32,000 bases of DNA from Pseudomonas aeruginosa (GTDB lineage Bacteria > Pseudomonadota > Gammaproteobacteria > Pseudomonadales > Pseudomonadaceae): the NCBI RefSeq assembly GCF_001457615.1, contig NZ_LN831024.1, forward strand, positions 5,460,001 through 5,492,000. The letters are read 5' to 3'. The number at the start of each line of letters is the position of its first letter. The first letter of the stretch is position 1. A model generated the notes under the pieces. That model searched no databases. It was not told where the DNA came from and was given only the letters and a program-made list of their open reading frames with translations. Position numbers and translations under genes: made by a program. This document shows positions 26,323 to 32,000 of the stretch, one piece after another.

Positions 26323-28097
26323 ATGCGCCGCCTGCTGACCCTGATCCTCCTGCTGGTCGCCCTGCCCGCCGGCGCGGGCCTGTTCGACAGCCGTCCCGGC
26401 GCCTCCCTCGGCGGCGGCCTCGATGGCGGCGGCTTCCTCAAGGTCGACCAGGCGTTCAAGCCCAGCGTCGAGCGCAGCGACGCGCAGCACGTGCTGCTGC
26501 GCTTCGTCAACGCCGAGGGCTACTACCTCTACCGCCACCGCTTCCAGTTCAAGGTCGAGCCAGCCCAGGTCAGCCTCGGCCAGGTGCAGCTGCCGGCGGG
26601 CAAGCAGCACCACGACGAGTACTTCGGCGATACCGAGGTCTACTACAACATCGTCGACCTGAAGATTCCCCTGAACAACCCGGCCCGGCAGCCCTATACC
26701 CTCGTGGTGACGTACCAGGGCTGCGCCGACAAGGGCCTCTGCTACCCCCGGAAACCAGGCGCTTCGACATCGACGGCGGTGCCGCGCCGCCAGCCGAGAG
26801 CGACGCGGCCGGCAAGGGCCCGCTCGAGCACAAGGGCAAGCGCAGCCTGCTGTTCTTCTTCCTCGCCGGCCTGACCCTGACCTTCACCCCCTGCGTGCTG
26901 CCGATGCTGCCGATCCTCTCCGGAGTGGTCCTGCGCGGCCGGCCGGGCGGTGGTCGCGGCTTCGTCCTGTCGCTCGCCTACGTGCTGCCGATGGCGCTCT
27001 GCTTCGCCCTGCTCGGCGCGCTGATGGGCATGTTCGGCGCCAGCCTCAATCTCCAGGCGCAATTGCAGTCGCCCTGGGTACTGGTGCCATTCGCGGCGTT
27101 CTTCGCGCTGTTCGCCGTGGCCATGTTCGGCTTCTTCGAGCTGCGCCTGCCCGGCTTCATCCGCGAACCGCTCGACCGCCTGGCCGGCGATGCGCGCGGC
27201 GGCTCGATCCTCGGCGCGGCCACCCTCGGCGTGCTTTCCAGCCTGCTGGTCTCGCCCTGCGTCTCCGCCCCGCTGGCCGCCTCGCTGCTCTATATCAGCG
27301 CCAGCGGCGATGCCTGGGGGGGCGGCCTGCAACTGTTCGCCCTCGGCCTGGGCATGGGTACGCCGCTGGTGGTGTTCGGCGCCGGCGGCGGCGCCCTGCT
27401 GCCCAAGAGCGGAGCCTGGATGAATGGCGTGCGCAACGCCTTCGGCGTGCTGTTGCTGGCGGTCGCCGTGTGGCTGCTGGAGCGGGTGGTGTCCGGCCCG
27501 GTGGCGCTGATGCTCTGGGGCATGCTCGCCGGCGGCGCCGGCCTGGCCCTGGGCGCCCTCGAATTCACCCCGAAGAGCGCCGCACGCCGCCTGCTGCAAC
27601 TGCTTGGCCTGATGTTCCTGACCTACGCGGTGGCCGCCTGGATCGGCGCCCTGCAGGGCGAGTCGGACCCGATCCATCCGCTGGGCCGCTCGGTGCCGTC
27701 GATCCATGCCGGGCCGCCGAGCACGCCCGGCGAATGGCAGAACCTGACCACCCCGGCGCAGTTGGACGCCGCCCTGGCCGAGGCACGTCAGGCCGGCAAG
27801 CCGGTGCTGCTGGACTGGTATGCGGACTGGTGCATCAGTTGCAAGGTCATCGAGCGCCAGGTTCTCACCGATCCCACGGTGCAGGCACGACTGCCGGCCT
27901 ACCGCCTGCTGCGCTTCGACATCACCGAAAGCAACCCGGCCCAGCGCGGCCTGCTGGACCGCTACAACCTGTTCGGTCCGCCGGCGATCCTGTTCTTCGC
28001 CCCGGGCGGTGACGAATGGAGCGACTTGCGCGTCATCGGAGAGATCGACGCCGCCGGGCTCGCCGAACGACTGCGCCGGGCCGCTACCCGGCAGTGA
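26323..28097 (+). pseudogene. dsbD: Thiol:disulfide interchange protein DsbD/DipZ, interrupted by a 1-nt frameshift in a C5 run (26745-26749)
   Basis: Track ORF 26323..26874 encodes the signal peptide plus nDsbD up to ...YQGCADKGLCYP. The rest is in track ORF 26304..28097, one frame over: PPETRRFDIDGG..., the TM domain with FTPCVLPMLP and SPCVSAPL, and the thioredoxin-like domain with WCISCK. The span is 1775 nt; one extra C would give a continuous 591-aa protein. Confidence 0.85.
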
Positions 28098-28240
28098 CAT
28101 GCGCTGACATACTTCTGCCGCAATTGCCGGTCAACATGCGGCGATCTACTGCAATCTAACAGTGACTGGACAGTCATACGGAAATTCCGGCATAGTGCCC
28201 GCTTGCCGTTTGCAGCCTGTACAGGACAATCAACAAGACA

Positions 28241-28684
28241 ATGGCGACCCTCCTCGTATTGCACGGGCCGAATCTGAACCTGCTGGGCACCCGCGAGCCC
28301 GGCACCTACGGTTCGACCACCCTCGGGCAGATCAACCAGGACCTCGAGCGCCGCGCCCGCGAAGCCGGCCACCACCTGCTGCATCTGCAAAGCAACGCCG
28401 AATACGAACTGATCGACCGGATCCATGCCGCGCGCGACGAAGGCGTGGACTTCATCATCATCAATCCGGCGGCATTCACCCATACCAGCGTCGCGTTACG
28501 TGACGCGCTGCTTGCGGTGAGCATCCCATTCATCGAAGTGCACCTGTCGAACGTGCACAAACGTGAACCTTTCCGGCATCACTCCTACTTCTCCGACGTG
28601 GCGGTAGGGGTGATCTGCGGTCTCGGCGCCACAGGCTACCGCCTGGCCCTGGAATCCGCCCTTGAACAACTTCAACGCCCCTGA
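28241..28684 (+). CDS. aroQ: Type II 3-dehydroquinate dehydratase
   Basis: 147-aa ORF: [24 protein letters not shown]...[19 protein letters not shown]...[18 protein letters not shown], the canonical AroQ motifs. Confidence 0.95.
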   Translation: MATLLVLHGPNLNLLGTREPGTYGSTTLGQINQDLERRAREAGHHLLHLQSNAEYELIDRIHAARDEGVDFIIINPAAFTHTSVALRDALLAVSIPFIEVHLSNVHKREPFRHHSYFSDVAVGVICGLGATGYRLALESALEQLQRP

Positions 28685-28707
28685 CCTCACTGGGAGTGCT
28701 AGCGCTA

Positions 28708-29178
28708 ATGGACATTCGTAAAGTCAAGAAACTGATCGAGCTGCTGGAAGAGTCCGGTATCGACGAGCTGGAAATCCGCGAAGGCGAAGAGTCGGTACGC
28801 ATCAGCCGCCACAGCAAGACCGCCGCCCAGCCGGTGTACGCACAGGCTCCGGCCTTCGCCGCTCCGGTCGCCGCGCCGGCGCCGGCAGCCGCCGCTCCGG
28901 CCGCCGCTGCCGCGGAAAGCGCCCCGGCCGCGCCGAAGCTGAACGGCAACGTGGTTCGCTCGCCGATGGTCGGCACCTTCTACCGCGCCGCCTCGCCGAC
29001 CTCGGCCAACTTCGTCGAAGTCGGCCAGAGCGTGAAGAAAGGCGACATCCTGTGCATCGTCGAAGCCATGAAGATGATGAACCACATCGAAGCCGAAGTT
29101 AGCGGCACCATCGAGTCGATCCTGGTGGAGAACGGCCAGCCGGTTGAGTTCGACCAGCCGCTGTTCACCATCGTCTAA
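28708..29178 (+). CDS. accB: Acetyl-CoA carboxylase biotin carboxyl carrier protein
   Basis: Track ORF 28696..29178 (GTG), trimmed to the ATG at 28708 ([16 protein letters not shown], as in E. coli AccB), giving 156 aa. It has an Ala/Pro linker and the biotinylation motif EAMKMMN. Confidence 0.95.
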   Translation: MDIRKVKKLIELLEESGIDELEIREGEESVRISRHSKTAAQPVYAQAPAFAAPVAAPAPAAAAPAAAAAESAPAAPKLNGNVVRSPMVGTFYRAASPTSANFVEVGQSVKKGDILCIVEAMKMMNHIEAEVSGTIESILVENGQPVEFDQPLFTIV

Positions 29179-29195
29179 GCCGCGGGGAACCTGCG

Positions 29196-30545
29196 ATGTT
29201 GGAAAAAGTGCTGATCGCCAACCGCGGCGAAATCGCCTTGCGCATCCTTCGCGCATGCAAGGAGCTGGGGATCAAGACGGTGGCGGTACACTCCACCGCC
29301 GACCGCGAGTTGATGCACCTGTCGCTCGCCGACGAATCGGTGTGCATCGGTCCGGCCCCGGCCACCCAGTCGTACCTGCAGATCCCGGCGATCATCGCCG
29401 CGGCCGAGGTCACCGGCGCCACCGCGATCCACCCCGGCTACGGCTTCCTCGCCGAGAACGCCGACTTCGCCGAGCAGATCGAACGCTCCGGCTTCACCTT
29501 CGTCGGCCCGACCGCCGAGGTGATCCGCCTGATGGGCGACAAGGTCTCGGCCAAGGACGCCATGAAGCGCGCCGGCGTCCCCACCGTGCCGGGCTCCGAC
29601 GGCCCGCTGCCGGAAGATGAAGAAACCGCCCTGGCGATCGCCCGCGAGGTCGGCTACCCGGTGATCATCAAGGCCGCCGGCGGCGGCGGTGGTCGCGGCA
29701 TGCGCGTGGTCTACGACGAATCCGAGCTGATCAAGTCGGCCAAGCTGACCCGCACCGAGGCCGGCGCGGCGTTCGGCAACCCGATGGTCTACCTGGAGAA
29801 GTTCCTGACCAACCCGCGCCACGTGGAAGTCCAGGTGCTTTCCGACGGCCAGGGCAACGCCATCCACCTCGGCGACCGCGACTGCTCCCTGCAGCGCCGC
29901 CACCAGAAGGTGATCGAAGAGGCGCCGGCCCCCGGCATCGACGAGAAGGCCCGTCAGGAAGTCTTCGCCCGCTGCGTCCAGGCCTGCATCGAGATCGGCT
30001 ACCGCGGCGCCGGCACCTTCGAGTTCCTCTACGAGAACGGCCGCTTCTACTTCATCGAGATGAACACTCGCGTGCAGGTGGAGCACCCGGTATCTGAGAT
30101 GGTCACCGGTGTCGACATCGTCAAGGAGATGCTGCGCATCGCCTCCGGCGAGAAGCTCTCGATCCGCCAGGAGGACGTGGTCATCCGCGGCCATGCGCTG
30201 GAATGCCGGATCAACGCCGAAGACCCGAAGACCTTCATGCCCAGCCCGGGCAAGGTCAAGCACTTCCACGCCCCCGGCGGCAACGGCGTGCGCGTCGACT
30301 CGCACCTCTACAGCGGCTACAGCGTGCCGCCGAACTACGACTCGCTGGTCGGCAAGGTCATCACCTACGGTGCCGACCGCGACGAGGCGCTGGCGCGGAT
30401 GCGCAATGCCCTGGACGAGTTGATCGTCGACGGTATCAAGACCAATACCGAACTGCACAAGGACCTGGTGCGCGACGCCGCCTTCTGCAAGGGCGGGGTG
30501 AACATCCATTACCTGGAGAAGAAACTGGGTATGGACAAGCACTGA
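29196..30545 (+). CDS. accC: Acetyl-CoA carboxylase biotin carboxylase subunit
   Basis: 449-aa ORF: [33 protein letters not shown]..., with an ATP-grasp domain and full-length AccC similarity. Confidence 0.97.
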   Translation: MLEKVLIANRGEIALRILRACKELGIKTVAVHSTADRELMHLSLADESVCIGPAPATQSYLQIPAIIAAAEVTGATAIHPGYGFLAENADFAEQIERSGFTFVGPTAEVIRLMGDKVSAKDAMKRAGVPTVPGSDGPLPEDEETALAIAREVGYPVIIKAAGGGGGRGMRVVYDESELIKSAKLTRTEAGAAFGNPMVYLEKFLTNPRHVEVQVLSDGQGNAIHLGDRDCSLQRRHQKVIEEAPAPGIDEKARQEVFARCVQACIEIGYRGAGTFEFLYENGRFYFIEMNTRVQVEHPVSEMVTGVDIVKEMLRIASGEKLSIRQEDVVIRGHALECRINAEDPKTFMPSPGKVKHFHAPGGNGVRVDSHLYSGYSVPPNYDSLVGKVITYGADRDEALARMRNALDELIVDGIKTNTELHKDLVRDAAFCKGGVNIHYLEKKLGMDKH

Positions 30546-30562
30546 TCCGTCAGTCGCTGCGC

Positions 30563-30597
30563 ACAAGGGCTGCCTCCGGGCGGCCCTTGTCGTTTCC
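30563..30597 (+). terminator. Rho-independent terminator after accC
   Basis: ACAAGGGC-t-GCC-tcc-GGC-g-GCCCTTGT hairpin (30563-30590), followed by CGTTTCC. Confidence 0.7.
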
Positions 30598-30655
30598 GCC
30601 TGCCGGCCGCCCCAACGGTGCTATCCTCGTCGCCCCTCCACCACCGGACTCCTGC

Positions 30656-31522
30656 ATGGAACGCATCCGCCGCTGGTACCGCCAATCGCTGGCCGCCGCG
30701 ACCGAGGCCGCGACCTGCTTCGCCCTGGGTTTCAGGGAAAGCCTGCAACCCGCCGCACTCTTCCGCTCCGCGAGCCTGTGCATTCTCGTCAGCGTGCTGT
30801 GCACCTGGCTGTTCGTGCATTTCTTCGAACCGATCATCCGCCTCTGCGGCTGGGCCGCGCTGTACACGGCATTCAGCGTGGCCAACTTCGCCCTGATCCC
30901 CAGCGGCTCGCTGATCGAGGCCGGCAGCGGTGGCCCGTACTTCGATCCGCTGGCGGCCTTCAACGGCCTGGCGGGACTGGCGCAACTGGCGTTCTATTTC
31001 GTCGGCTATGCCGCGCTGTTCTTCGTCGCCCTGTACGCCGCCAGCATCGTCTTCGGCATCCGCCTGGGCCTGCGCATCGGCCTGCTCGGACAACTGAAGG
31101 AACAGGTCCGCCAACGCTACCCGCGACTGGCACCTGCCTCCGGCGAAAGGATCTCGCTGTGGCGTGCCGCCGGCTTCCGCCTGGCACCCTGGCTGGGCGT
31201 TTCCGGATCGATCCTGGTCGGCCTGCTGGTTCCGCTCTACAACGGTGTACTCCTGCTGCTGGCGCTGGCCTACCTGAACATCCGCTTCCTGCTGCCCGCC
31301 ACGCTGGCCGGGCTGGCCGATGCCGGCGAGCAGCTCGCCGTGCTTCGTGCTCGCCGCGGCAGCCTGTTGCTGTTCGGCCTGCTGATACTGCTCCTGGCGC
31401 TGGTGCCGCTGCTCAACCTGCTGCTGCCGGCGGTGCTCGGCGGCGGTACCTGCCACCTGGCCAATCGCGGCCTGGCGCAACTGCGCGGCGAGGCCACGGC
31501 AGAGAGTGGCAGCGCCGGCTAG
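30656..31522 (+). CDS. Hypothetical polytopic inner-membrane protein (possibly EI24/CysZ-like)
   Basis: Track ORF 30203..31522 overlaps accC. I trimmed it to the first ATG after the accC terminator (30656, [12 protein letters not shown]...), giving 288 aa with about 6 hydrophobic segments. The SD is weak. The family assignment is tentative. Confidence 0.7.
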   Translation: MERIRRWYRQSLAAATEAATCFALGFRESLQPAALFRSASLCILVSVLCTWLFVHFFEPIIRLCGWAALYTAFSVANFALIPSGSLIEAGSGGPYFDPLAAFNGLAGLAQLAFYFVGYAALFFVALYAASIVFGIRLGLRIGLLGQLKEQVRQRYPRLAPASGERISLWRAAGFRLAPWLGVSGSILVGLLVPLYNGVLLLLALAYLNIRFLLPATLAGLADAGEQLAVLRARRGSLLLFGLLILLLALVPLLNLLLPAVLGGGTCHLANRGLAQLRGEATAESGSAG

Positions 31523-31546
31523 CCTCAAGTAAGCTTGCGCGGTGGA

Positions 31547-31580
31547 AAACGGGTCGCCCCTGGGCGGCCCGTTTCGTTTA
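31547..31580 (+). terminator. Rho-independent terminator after the membrane-protein gene
   Basis: 12-bp stem AAACGGGTCGCC-cctg-GGCGGCCCGTTT (31547-31574, one G-U pair), followed by CGTTTA. Confidence 0.7.
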
Positions 31581-31602
31581 CAGCCGCAACAGAGGTCGCC
31601 CC

Positions 31603-32000
31603 ATGCCCTGGTTACAAGTTCGCCTGGCCATCACCCCGGAACAGGCCGAAACCTACGAAGACGCCCTGCTCGAAGTCGGCGCCGTCTCCGTGACCTTCAT
31701 GGACGCCGAAGACCAGCCGATCTTCGAGCCGGACCTCGGCACCACCCCGCTGTGGTCGCGCACCCACCTGCTGGCGCTGTTCGAAGCGGACACCGATGAG
31801 ACCGCCCTGCTCGCCCACCTCGCCTTGCTTACCGGCGGCGACCTGCCCGAGCACCATGTCGAGGAAATCGCCGACCAGGATTGGGAACGCAGCTGGATGG
31901 ACAACTTCCAGCCGATGCGTTTCGGCCGCCGCCTGTGGATCGTGCCGAGCTGGCACGCCGCCCCCGAGCCGGACGCGGTCAACCTGCTGCTCGATCCGGG
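31603..32000 (+). CDS. prmA: Ribosomal protein L11 methyltransferase, N-terminal part; continues beyond the right window edge
   Basis: Manual translation from the ATG at 31603 (AGAGG upstream): [66 protein letters not shown]...[26 protein letters not shown]. It is colinear with E. coli PrmA. There is no stop in the window, so it is absent from the ORF track. Confidence 0.9.
   Translation, partial: MPWLQVRLAITPEQAETYEDALLEVGAVSVTFMDAEDQPIFEPDLGTTPLWSRTHLLALFEADTDETALLAHLALLTGGDLPEHHVEEIADQDWERSWMDNFQPMRFGRRLWIVPSWHAAPEPDAVNLLLDP

Noticed and set aside
26745-26749. Programmed -1 ribosomal frameshifting as the explanation for the dsbD frame change
   Set aside because: The site (U ACC CCC GG) is not an X XXY YYZ slippery heptamer, and I see no obvious downstream stimulatory hairpin or pseudoknot. 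A 1-nt indel in a homopolymer is the simpler explanation.
1-32000. Search for CRISPR arrays, tRNA/rRNA genes, IS elements, integrases, phage genes, toxin-antitoxin or defence-system signatures
   Set aside because: I found none. There are no arrays of direct repeats with spacers, no cloverleaf-like or rRNA-like segments, and no transposase, recombinase or nuclease-helicase type ORFs. GC content is uniformly high except in short intergenic promoters, consistent with core genome rather than an island.

Overview
High-GC gammaproteobacterial core chromosome. Gene content and order match, from memory, the Pseudomonas aeruginosa region around PA4822-PA4850. I see no rRNA, tRNA, CRISPR array, IS element or integrase, so this is not an obvious accessory island.

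Left to right:
- A minus-strand Mg2+-related block: a YjbB-like Na/Pi cotransporter (cut by the window edge), a 69-aa ORF, an outer-membrane beta-barrel and the P-type ATPase MgtA. It is preceded by a ~650-nt leader carrying small ORFs.
- Arylamine N-acetyltransferase, a DUF2214 membrane protein and the orphan dihydrolipoamide dehydrogenase Lpd3.
- A PaaI thioesterase, TetR regulator and SDR trio, with a shared palindrome in both promoter regions.
- A hemolysin-III family protein.
- The Zur-controlled pseudopaline metallophore operon cntOLMI, with a divergent DUF1624 membrane protein.
- speA, yciH (SUI1), a Nudix hydrolase and a DUF2333 protein.
- The response-regulator diguanylate cyclase GcbA and the phosphate chemoreceptor CtpL.
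- dsbD/dipZ, which is frameshifted here in a C5 run.
- aroQ-accB-accC, a polytopic membrane protein, and the start of prmA.

The long ORFs in the track that lie antisense to these genes are high-GC artefacts.

Most worth follow-up:
- The structured mgtA leader with a proline-rich uORF and repeated CGCGA palindromes.
- The possible trans-envelope Mg2+ module.
- The predicted TetR operator pair.
- The single Zur box shared by cntO and the uncharacterised DUF1624 gene.
- The dsbD frameshift.
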